DNA from: Promethearchaeota archaeon | GTDB taxonomy: Archaea; Asgardarchaeota; Lokiarchaeia; Sigyniarchaeales; SOKP01 | Direction: 5' to 3' | NCBI GenBank assembly: GCA_016839585.1 | Contig: JAEOTZ010000075.1 | Span: forward strand, 1-40,379 | DNA: 40,379 nucleotides | Part shown: positions 29,832-38,479 of the stretch, in pieces | How the letters are laid out: every line of letters starts with the position of its first letter | How positions within the stretch are numbered: position 1 is the stretch's first letter | Notes under the pieces: model-generated | The model's database searches: none | Told to the model about the DNA's origin: nothing | Seen by the model: only the letters and a program-made list of their open reading frames with translations | Made by a program: the position numbers and the translations under genes

Positions 29832-29975
29832 ATGACCGAAAGTAGAAATTTTGATTATGAAATTCCATGGAAATGGCATAATGAACAGTTAAAAGAGAGT
29901 ATTAGAAAAAATAAGCACCTCGAACGAATACGGAACAATTTTAAAAAGAAGAGAATTTATAAATCTAAAAGGTGA
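29832..29975 (+). CDS. Possible 47-aa basic small protein or gene remnant
   Basis: MTESRNFDYEIPWKWHNEQLKESIRKNKHLERIRNNFKKKRIYKSKR*; TATA-like TTTATA shortly upstream; no homolog in the window. Confidence 0.3.
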   Translation: MTESRNFDYEIPWKWHNEQLKESIRKNKHLERIRNNFKKKRIYKSKR

Positions 29976-30030
29976 GAAAAACTACAAAAGAATTGAAGTC
30001 TCCTTGAAAGTTTATTTTCCAGGAGTGTCT

Positions 30031-32208
30031 TCAATCATTAATTAATTTCGTTTTAATCTCATTAAGTAATTCAATAGCTTCTTTATAATCTTGATTATAA
30101 AATAAGCATTTCTCACATGCTTTAAAAGCTTTTTCATATTGTTTTAAATCTAGATATACTCTTGTTAATAAATACCAAGTTAGAGGCTGTTTTGGATTGT
30201 ATGAAATTGCTCTTTTAAAGGTCTCAATTGCTATTTCAAGATTTCCTTTTCGATGATATGCTATCCCTATTTGATTTAAGGCATCTCCATAGATCGGATT
30301 GACTTCTAATGCTTTATTACCCATTTCAATTGCTTTATCATGGGCTCCTACTTCGTTATATAAAAAGGCAAGTAATGCCCATCCTTCTTTATATGTCGGT
30401 TTAACCTCTACTGTCTTATTAGCAGCTTCAAAAGCTTTATCTAAATCGTGCTTTCTGAAATAACAGATGCCAAGATAATACCAAATATCTTCGTGGTTAA
30501 TAGGCACATTAAATGCTTGCCTGAAGACCTCACCTAATGTAATAGCAACTGATGGTTTATGAATAATTTTTAGAGTTTGTTTAAATGTCTCAATGGCATT
30601 ATCATAATCTTCAGATTCAAAATAAAATACTCCAAGATTCATTAAATACAGTTTAGAATCTTCTTCAATTTCAAGAGCTTTCTTTATTGTATTGATTGCT
30701 TTCTCATAATCTTTCATTGATTTATAGATAACAGCCAGATTATTCCAAGCTAGTGCATTTTGAGGGTTTCTATGCAATATTTTTTGACATTTTTCTATCG
30801 CTTTTTCATATCTTCCTTTTCTCTGGTCATGTCTAGCAGAAAGCAAATCCATATCTGGTTGGGATATCCCTCCCATTATTCTTGAAAAGCCACCCAATAA
30901 AAGAACCATAGTCATTACTACAATAATCAGAGCTACAAAACCAGAATATTTTGCTAATATTAGGATGAAAAATCCTGCACTTAAAAACATTATAGGGATA
31001 TTTGATACAGCTAGAATTAAACGAAAAGTTAAAGGAGAGAATGTCTCATTTGAATTTAATTTATTATAATTTCTAATGGTGATAAAAGTAAGGGTCATAA
31101 ATAATATTATTAATATAGTGTTAATAGGGGTTAATATAAAGTAAATTTCATTTATAATCCCAAGAAACAGATTAATTACCACAACTGAGAGATAAGGTAA
31201 GAAAAAAGAAAGAGTCGGTATAAAAAAAGGAAAAAATGGATTTTTTAAGCGTTCAACTATATCTTTTCTGGCTTTTTCTGATTTAATTACCAGATTTATT
31301 CCTAAAGAGATTAAAAGAGAAAATATAAACACTGAAATTAATGAAAAGAAGCTTTTTAATCTGGAATCTGCCCAAAATCTGTCATTAAAAGAGAAAAAAA
31401 ATAATGAAATATCCTGAAAAAAGATACTAATCATTACAATTAGATATCCTATAACCATTAGCTTTAGTTTAGGATACATTTTTGGTTTTATTGGATAATG
31501 TTTTTTAACAATATTATTGAAATAAATTGATTCTTTAATGCCCATAATAATAAAAGCTAGAGTAAAAACTGCAAATAATGGAATAAGAATTAAAATCCAA
31601 ATATTTAAGAAATCAAATAGAATTGAATTATAAAAAACACTTCCAATAATGAGAGTGAGGTTAAGCCCTATAAATATATCATGCAAATGAACTGGGAACC
31701 TATTCCCTCTACCTCGCTTATCTTCAATAGCGACTTTAACATCAATTATAGTATCGGGACTATGGACTTTCGTAATGTTATTAATTGAACTTTTTTTTAT
31801 CGAATTAAGAAAAGAATCTGTTATCCTAAGCCAATTAATTTCCGAATTTTCAACCTCTATTTTCACACTTTTTAACAAAGAGAGTGATTTTAGCTTACAA
31901 TTATTAATTGTTATGTTTTCAGATTTTTTTAATGATAGAACATTGATTTCACAATTTTCGAATGAAATATTGGAACATTTATTTAAATTAAAAGATCTAA
32001 GTAAACAATTTTCCAGCTTTATAAACAAATTACAATTCAATATTGAAATCTCGTGATCTTTAGGAAAGTAGTCAGATTTATCAAAAATATAGGGATCACC
32101 TTTGATTCCTGAACCTTTTACATTAAACTGTTTTATAAGCTGTTCGAGTTCGGCTTCATTATATTTGATTGATTTAATTTCACTCAGTTTTTTTATATTC
32201 AAACTCAT
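30031..32208 (-). CDS. Beta-solenoid + multi-TM + TPR protein
   Basis: GSGIKGDPYI followed by beta-helix-like repeats (SNISFENC, ENITINNC), about 8 TM helices, then about 7 TPRs. Confidence 0.8.
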   Translation of the reverse strand: MSLNIKKLSEIKSIKYNEAELEQLIKQFNVKGSGIKGDPYIFDKSDYFPKDHEISILNCNLFIKLENCLLRSFNLNKCSNISFENCEINVLSLKKSENITINNCKLKSLSLLKSVKIEVENSEINWLRITDSFLNSIKKSSINNITKVHSPDTIIDVKVAIEDKRGRGNRFPVHLHDIFIGLNLTLIIGSVFYNSILFDFLNIWILILIPLFAVFTLAFIIMGIKESIYFNNIVKKHYPIKPKMYPKLKLMVIGYLIVMISIFFQDISLFFFSFNDRFWADSRLKSFFSLISVFIFSLLISLGINLVIKSEKARKDIVERLKNPFFPFFIPTLSFFLPYLSVVVINLFLGIINEIYFILTPINTILIILFMTLTFITIRNYNKLNSNETFSPLTFRLILAVSNIPIMFLSAGFFILILAKYSGFVALIIVVMTMVLLLGGFSRIMGGISQPDMDLLSARHDQRKGRYEKAIEKCQKILHRNPQNALAWNNLAVIYKSMKDYEKAINTIKKALEIEEDSKLYLMNLGVFYFESEDYDNAIETFKQTLKIIHKPSVAITLGEVFRQAFNVPINHEDIWYYLGICYFRKHDLDKAFEAANKTVEVKPTYKEGWALLAFLYNEVGAHDKAIEMGNKALEVNPIYGDALNQIGIAYHRKGNLEIAIETFKRAISYNPKQPLTWYLLTRVYLDLKQYEKAFKACEKCLFYNQDYKEAIELLNEIKTKLIND

Positions 32209-32419
32209 TTTGTTTCGCCTTCTTTCGGATCATTGTAATAATTTTTCCTATAATAATCTGATTATAATTTAATAAAAATTTACCAAAGTCTATTTGTATC
32301 TGAATTTTTTATGTTTATAATACAAATATATCAGTATTCCAAATAATTTTTTCTATACTTATTTATCAAAATTTTGAGCCAATATAAAAAATATAAAAAA
32401 TATGGAGCCAACAAAAATA

Positions 32420-32480
32420 ATCCACATAAAAGGAGTCCCCTCAGAACCCCTTTTTATGTGAATCATTATGGAAATGGAAA
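32420..32480 (-). repeat. Conserved hairpin + 17-nt motif, copy C
   Basis: ATCCACATAAAAGGAGTCCCCTCAGAACCCCTTTTTATGTGAAT (32420-32463) followed by CATTATGGAAATGGAAA (32464-32480). Confidence 0.85.
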
Positions 32481-32544
32481 AATTAGTTGATATAAAAATA
32501 AGCTTAATTTTAAAAAATTAAAAAATAAAAAAATTTATTTAATT

Positions 32545-32616
32545 CTAAATCGGAATATTATACCCGGCAACATTCCTTATCTTTATTATTCTTTTCTCAA
32601 TTCTTTTTCTATTCAT
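32545..32616 (-). CDS. 23-aa basic microprotein (MNRKR family, copy C)
   Basis: MNRKRIEKRIIKIRNVAGYNIPI*; AGAGGT ribosome-binding site 7 nt upstream; paralog at 17086-17172. Confidence 0.65.
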   Translation of the reverse strand: MNRKRIEKRIIKIRNVAGYNIPI

Positions 32617-32707
32617 TTTTTTTACCTCTTTTTTATTTTTTTTTTGAGTTTTTTTCCTTTTTTTTTGATTATTTTGTAAGCTTGATTTAAAATTTAAAAA
32701 AAAAAAT

Positions 32708-32950
32708 TTAGAAAACCCCGTAATTCCTAAAAGTGAACTGACTATTCACTAATTTTATGGGTCGCAATTCTTCAACGTATCTGGCATTCAATTCTGCCTT
32801 CTTAATTAACTTTAACAATTCTTTCTTAACCGATTTTTGCTCAACTTTTCTTTCTTCTCGAATTACCTCTTCTTCTCTGAGGTCTTCTAATTTAATTTCA
32901 TATTCTACGCACTCGGGCGCAGACACACAATCCAGGTTTACTTGAGCCAT
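32708..32950 (-). CDS. 80-aa charged small protein (M(V/A)QV...FRN type, copy C)
   Basis: ATG at 32950 with GTGA upstream as RBS; MAQV...EYEI...FRNYGVF. Confidence 0.7.
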   Translation of the reverse strand: MAQVNLDCVSAPECVEYEIKLEDLREEEVIREERKVEQKSVKKELLKLIKKAELNARYVEELRPIKLVNSQFTFRNYGVF

Positions 32951-33220
32951 TTTTTTTATCACTTCAATTCTTATTTGTTCTAATTAATTTAAAGAAATAA
33001 TTTTATATATAGTTTTTAACATCGAACTTTTGTTGTAGTTCGTACTATTGATGAAGTTTGAATAAAAGTATAAGTTTTTAAGTATTAAAAATCTAAGAGC
33101 TTAAACATAAATCTGAAAGCTCATTAATGATTATTAGAAATTAATCCTCACAGGCACCCAATAAATTTAAAAATAAGGAAATTTATTAATATATCATACA
33201 AAAAGAAGATATATTTGAAG

Positions 33221-34246
33221 ATGAAAAATCAAGAAGAGGACTTAGAAGAATTTAGAGGAGCTCAAATACCTAAGACAGAAGCTACAGCTTTAAAAGAAAT
33301 AGAACAAAAATTAGAAACCGCAGGGAATGGACGATTCTCCATGGTGAATTTAGATTTCTGCATGGATGATTGGTATGATTATACTCCTTTTTTCAAAGTA
33401 AAAAACAATCGAGTTGTAGCTATTGCCATTGGTGATATTCATTATTGTAAAGATTGTAGAATTAACATAGACTGTGAGGATTGCGGGCTTAGACACCTCC
33501 CGGATTCAATCGGCAACCTAACTTACCTTAAAGGATTATATATCAGAGGAAATAGATCAAATGGGTTAGAAATCTTACCAGACTCAATAACTAATTTCAA
33601 GTCACTCGAAGAATTAGTAATAATGGACACTGAAATGAAAGAATTACCAGAAACATTGAAGAATTTTCAATCTCTTCGGTTAATTCACTTAATTAGTAAT
33701 AAAGTAACAAATATCCCTGATTTTATCTGTCATATGAAAGATTTACAAATATTAATGATACGGAATTCATTTATTACAAAGCTCCCCGAAAGTATCGATG
33801 AGCTTAGTTCCCTTAAAGAATTATATTTACAAAATAATTACCTTGAGTTTCTCCCTGAGTCTTTCGGAAATCTTAGTTCCCTTGAAAAATTAAACCTTCG
33901 TGGTAATAAATTAAGAGTTCTACCCAATTCAATAGGAAAGCTTAAAAATCTTAAAGTTTTGGAGGCTAATTTGAACCAATTAGAAACTCTTCCGAATTCT
34001 ATTGGAGATCTCAGTTCTTTAGAATACCTTTCCTTGTATAATAATCAATTACAATTTTTACCAGAACAATTGACTAAACTTAGATCCTTAAAAAAATTAC
34101 ATTTAACAAGTAATAAAATTGAAAGACTTCCGGATTCTATTGGAAATTTGATCTCTTTAGAGGAACTTATCTTAACCTATAATAATCTTTCTTCTCTTCC
34201 CAAATCGATAAGTAAATTACCTAATCTTAGATATCTTAGAAAATAA
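33221..34246 (+). CDS. Leucine-rich repeat protein (copy 2)
   Basis: Close paralog of 17927-19102 (EFRGAQIP...DFCMDDW; LRHLPDSIGNLTYLK). Has an extra CKDC...CEDC insert and ends mid-repeat. ATG at 33221. Confidence 0.92.
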   Translation: MKNQEEDLEEFRGAQIPKTEATALKEIEQKLETAGNGRFSMVNLDFCMDDWYDYTPFFKVKNNRVVAIAIGDIHYCKDCRINIDCEDCGLRHLPDSIGNLTYLKGLYIRGNRSNGLEILPDSITNFKSLEELVIMDTEMKELPETLKNFQSLRLIHLISNKVTNIPDFICHMKDLQILMIRNSFITKLPESIDELSSLKELYLQNNYLEFLPESFGNLSSLEKLNLRGNKLRVLPNSIGKLKNLKVLEANLNQLETLPNSIGDLSSLEYLSLYNNQLQFLPEQLTKLRSLKKLHLTSNKIERLPDSIGNLISLEELILTYNNLSSLPKSISKLPNLRYLRK

Positions 34247-34322
34247 TCAAATATTTTAATATTTAGCCATATTATTTTTCAAAAGAAAGAAAATAAAGAA
34301 AAAAAGGATTTTATTTAATATT

Positions 34323-34871
34323 TTATGACGGAACTACGATGTTTGGAACCCCTAGTTTAGATGCTAAAGTTGATATAGCAGTGTTAGTAAATACGTAAAG
34401 AAGAGCAAAATTTCCCATAAATGCGAAGAGAAAGCAAAATGCATATTCCGCTGTAAATTTGGCTGCACTTCGATTCCAATCTTCCTCTACAGATGAACTG
34501 CAACCTGTATAATGAACCAACAAGGAATTAATAGCAGCAGCACAATAATATACGCCTACATTTAAATGAAACTGAAGTGTCTCTAACCACGTTCTATCAT
34601 CACCAAAATACCTCGCAATATGGTACCACCTTAACTCTGGCTTAGAGTACTGAAAATCAAGAGCAAATTGATTAAAAGTATGAGTTTCCATCCAAGGGGC
34701 GTCCTTCCACCATCCTGTATATTGGAATTTTTGAATTTCTAAGACAATCCCACAATCCCCACAGACATACCCTTCAACAGGTTCTTGGATATTTTCAGAA
34801 CTGCATATATCACAAGAAACCGAGGAGCAATGGGGAGAAATGGAACTTGATTGGTGGTTATTAATTATCAT
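34323..34871 (-). CDS. Chimeric ORF: TFIIB/TFB-type zinc ribbon fused in frame to the C-terminal fragment homologous to 17258-17870
   Basis: Residues 1-51 CDICSSENI...GYVCGDCGIVL; from about 34718 DAPWMETHT...HLNVGVYYCAAAINSLLVHYTGC...AEYAFCFLFAFMGN. GTGAT RBS upstream. Confidence 0.7.
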   Translation of the reverse strand: MIINNHQSSSISPHCSSVSCDICSSENIQEPVEGYVCGDCGIVLEIQKFQYTGWWKDAPWMETHTFNQFALDFQYSKPELRWYHIARYFGDDRTWLETLQFHLNVGVYYCAAAINSLLVHYTGCSSSVEEDWNRSAAKFTAEYAFCFLFAFMGNFALLYVFTNTAISTLASKLGVPNIVVPS

Positions 34872-35345
34872 TTGTTGATCACTATTTTTATTACTAAGAA
34901 ATAATTGGGAAGGAGTTTGCTTTTTAAATATTTCCCTTGAAATTGAAATTTCTGAGAAGAAATCTTCTTCTCATATTTCACAAGATCACTTTTTACAGAG
35001 TTGTATAAAAAACCAGTTGAGAAATCATTTTAACAGACACTAAATTTTAAATAAATTCTTGGAAAATTGAGTAACGATTAATTACGATAAATCGAGTTTT
35101 ATTCTTAAAATTAAAATCATTATGATTTTACCAACCTTTAGAATTGGGCAAAATAGTGAGAAGTAAAATTTTTCAAAAATTTTTTTTATTTATATAGATC
35201 ACATTATATTTCTGAAAAGAATGAGAGGAAAAAGTTTGTAATTATTCATTTACAATATTTTCAACCTTTTGATCATCAAGACTCTCATATTTTTTTGATA
35301 TTTTTATCACCTTGAATTTTTATTTTCCAAATTTAATCTTGTTGG

Positions 35346-35588
35346 TCACGATACAATTAATCTTATAAAATTTAAATCTATGATTATGTTATTCTTACCT
35401 AGTTTATAAAGACTATAAAATATTAAGGAAGCAACACCCACTATCCCCAATCCAACACCAACATCAAAATTTCGTTGTTTCTTTAATTTTATTTGATAGT
35501 TTATATAGCTAATTACATTAGCAACTCCTAATGTTGGATTTAAAGGGTCGAATTTAATATATTCAACACCACTCAATAAAGTTATCAT
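35346..35588 (-). CDS. Small membrane-anchored hypothetical protein, possibly a C-terminal gene fragment
   Basis: LLSGVEYIKFDP.NP followed by a TM helix; AAGGA upstream of the ATG. Confidence 0.4.
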   Translation of the reverse strand: MITLLSGVEYIKFDPLNPTLGVANVISYINYQIKLKKQRNFDVGVGLGIVGVASLIFYSLYKLGKNNIIIDLNFIRLIVS

Positions 35589-35688
35589 TTTTTTTATCCT
35601 TATTTATATATTCATATATTAATCAACATTTTATTCAACTCCCACCATAAGATAAAGAAATTTATTTTTAATATCTATCTCTTTCACT

Positions 35689-37077
35689 TTATACCAGTTT
35701 TTGAAGATTAACCACTTTTTTCTTTAATTTCTTAATTCTCGATTCGCTCTCATTTCCTTTAAAAATTGATGCATCGCTTAAAAGAGCAATTGTTTGTTGA
35801 AAATACTGTATTGCGTTAATATAATCTTTTCTCTTTTCTGCTTTTTCCCCGGCTTTTAGGCAAAAATCAATTTCAATTTTCTTAATTTTCTTGTCCAGTT
35901 CTAAAACCATAAATGAGATTCGTCCAATGTCTAACTTAAAGTCAAAACCAGTTGCTAAATAAAGAGCTTTTTCGTATTCTTTTTGCGCCTCTTTGTAGGC
36001 TAACGCTTTTTCGGCAGTTTCTCCCTTTTTCATATAATGTTCCATTAATTTTTTAGCTTCTTCAATATTCATATTTCGAGCTTTTTCTTTTAACTCATTC
36101 ACGGCATCATCATTAGCAATTATGGGGGATATTAATTCATTATCAGCTATTCTCATTGCGCGACTTTCTTGGAATTTTCTAACCTCATCTTCTACTGCCT
36201 CAATATTAGAAGGGATGATTACATGTTTCTCTAAAAGTTGATAAATTTCATAAAGAATGAAGTGCGGAGATAAATTGACTATTTTCTGTACTTTGTTGAG
36301 TAGAGTATGAATGAAAAAGAATTTTTTTGACGCTAAGAACTCATTTGCAAAATCAATTATTGCTTTTTGGATGAGATTTTTATTAATCGCGTCCAAATCG
36401 TTTGGTAATAAGGCTTGAGTGAGAACCATCGGAAATACAAGTTTAATATTAAATGCTTCTATAATGAAATTGATAGTATCGTCAAAATCAAGTATACCGG
36501 TCTTTAATAGTCGTTCGATTTTTTTGGAATAGATTCGCTCATATTCGTTTAAAAATTCTGCGATACGATGTTTTAGACTTTCTGAAGCTTTTTGATCCAA
36601 TACTAAGCAAATTCTAAGGAAATTACCATTTTTTACTAATATATTAAATGTTTCATATTGTAATTCATAAAATTTATGTTCTTTTATGATGCCCACTTTA
36701 TTATCGAACACTTTTCCTGATGTTGAAAACATGATATTTGCTTGTATGAAGCCAATTAAAAGTTCAACATTAATTCCTCCTCTTGAAACGGGATAATTCA
36801 CTACAAGAAGCCCGGAATCTTTAGTTAATAATATTATGTGTTTAATATTCAAAACATCCAAAAATTTATGCCAAATTATGGTCTGTTGCATCTGGATTCG
36901 TTTCTCTTCTGAATCTATCATGGATACTTTTATATTTTGATTGACATCAAACCCCATTTGGGCAAAATAATTTGTAACGCATTCTTTACAACGATCTGGA
37001 TAAAAAGAACAAGTATCTTTTTCTTTCCCACAATTAAATCCTAGACGATTAATTTGAAAATATACCATAATAGCCAA
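35689..37077 (-). CDS. Longin-like domain protein with N-terminal Cys cluster and C-terminal TPR/MIT-like helices
   Basis: CGKEKDTC...RCKEC; HIILLTKDSGLLV...LLIGFIQANIMF...ICLVLD; AQKEYEKAL, NAIQYFQQ. Confidence 0.65.
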   Translation of the reverse strand: MAIMVYFQINRLGFNCGKEKDTCSFYPDRCKECVTNYFAQMGFDVNQNIKVSMIDSEEKRIQMQQTIIWHKFLDVLNIKHIILLTKDSGLLVVNYPVSRGGINVELLIGFIQANIMFSTSGKVFDNKVGIIKEHKFYELQYETFNILVKNGNFLRICLVLDQKASESLKHRIAEFLNEYERIYSKKIERLLKTGILDFDDTINFIIEAFNIKLVFPMVLTQALLPNDLDAINKNLIQKAIIDFANEFLASKKFFFIHTLLNKVQKIVNLSPHFILYEIYQLLEKHVIIPSNIEAVEDEVRKFQESRAMRIADNELISPIIANDDAVNELKEKARNMNIEEAKKLMEHYMKKGETAEKALAYKEAQKEYEKALYLATGFDFKLDIGRISFMVLELDKKIKKIEIDFCLKAGEKAEKRKDYINAIQYFQQTIALLSDASIFKGNESESRIKKLKKKVVNLQKLV

Positions 37078-37798
37078 AAATTTTGTTTTATTTTAAAGAT
37101 AGTCTCAGTATTATTAAGATTTTGTAGTTTTCTGGAATCTGTTCTATGATAACAAAATTATTTTTACAATTTATATGCATAAATGTTTTAAACGACATCT
37201 TATCTCAGTTTTTCTTGTAGATCAATTTCACTAGGGCTTCAAAGAAATGGATTTTTTGATCTTAAATCTGCATGGAAGATTCCTAATTTTATCGTAGAAT
37301 TAATAGATGGGAGTAATGGTTGCTGAAAAAAAAATTTCAAATCTCAAGAGCTATTGGAAAAAAGAATAGATTTAAAACAGTAGAAAGGATTATTATTGTG
37401 AGACAAAGATAAATATAACTCAAATAAATCTAATAGATTCTCTTTTTTAGCCATGTTAGAAAATAAAAAAGATGATAAATTAAGAATTAATAATTTGTTA
37501 GCTTGTTTTTTTTTTATATAGTTTTAAAATAAAAGAGCTTAAATGCTTAAGTATCCGTTTTAACCATAAAAATAGGGTAAAAAACCATGACTCCTGCTAA
37601 ACACCCTGGATTTTTGTCTTTTGGTAGTGTAAGTCTTTACACTTTAATTTCGCCCCCTCTTCCTGTATAAATTTTTACCTTAAGCTATGTTAGATTAATA
37701 AATTACGTATTGCATTAAGTTTAAATAGAATATTAACTTACATTTTTGTAGAAATCATTTTACGAAATTAAATCTGATAAAAGTTTGGGAGATTATTT

Positions 37799-38479
37799 AT
37801 GAAAAAAAGTATAGTCAATTTAGATAAAGAGTTTTGGGAACAACTTGATAAAAAAAACACCAGAGAATTTTATAAGAGTTTTATAGGAGCAGTTAAACTA
37901 CATATTCAGCATGGCCAAGCAGTCAATACCGCAAAAAAAGCAAAAATCTTATTTAAGAATGATAATGCTGGAATTGAATATGAGTCAAAAGCTAATATGT
38001 ATTTTCAGAGACGAAATATGCATTTACAGTTTATAAAACAGTGGTTAGCTAACCATTACGAAGAATTAAATGAAGTGCAAAGAAAAAATTTTGAGGAGTT
38101 TTTCAAAACAGATAGATATAAAGAAATTTTAGCATTTTCAAAAAAATTAATGGTCCAAGAAATTCTCTATTCCACAATTTCACATGAAGATACAAAAGAG
38201 GCATTTGAGAAGTTAAATAATTTATATAAAGATTTGGAAGGATTGAAATCATTAGAAGATCTCTACAATTATGTGCAAACTCAAGTTGATATTATAATTA
38301 AGAAAAGAGTCGGAAATCCTGAATCAATTATAAATTGGCTTTGTCTTCTTATTATCCTTATATTTTTTGGTCTAGCATTATTACTGCTTATATTTCTTTG
38401 TATTATATTTCATATTGGATGTGATCAGATTCCTGAAAATGCCCTAAATATTCTTAAACTTTGTGGTGTAGAGTTCTAA
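37799..38479 (+). CDS. Hypothetical helical protein with C-terminal TM segment
   Basis: 226 aa ORF, GGGAGA RBS, strongly hydrophobic Cys-containing C-terminus. Confidence 0.7.
   Translation: MKKSIVNLDKEFWEQLDKKNTREFYKSFIGAVKLHIQHGQAVNTAKKAKILFKNDNAGIEYESKANMYFQRRNMHLQFIKQWLANHYEELNEVQRKNFEEFFKTDRYKEILAFSKKLMVQEILYSTISHEDTKEAFEKLNNLYKDLEGLKSLEDLYNYVQTQVDIIIKKRVGNPESIINWLCLLIILIFFGLALLLLIFLCIIFHIGCDQIPENALNILKLCGVEF

Noticed and set aside
29862-29876. ATTCCATGGAAATGG as another motif copy
   Set aside because: Only a partial match, and explained by the Pro-Trp-Lys-Trp codons of the possible 47-aa ORF.
17027-32480. 17-nt motif as CRISPR repeat, integron attC site or origin recognition box
   Set aside because: Spacing is kilobases and irregular; no cas, integrase or cdc6/orc1 gene in the window; no RYYYAAC/GTTRRRY ends; lacks the TCCA-N-TGGA dyad and G-string of ORBs.
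17927-34246. LRR paralogs as a diversity-generating retroelement template/variable pair
   Set aside because: No reverse transcriptase in the window, and the differences are spread gene-wide rather than confined to a short adenine-specific repeat.
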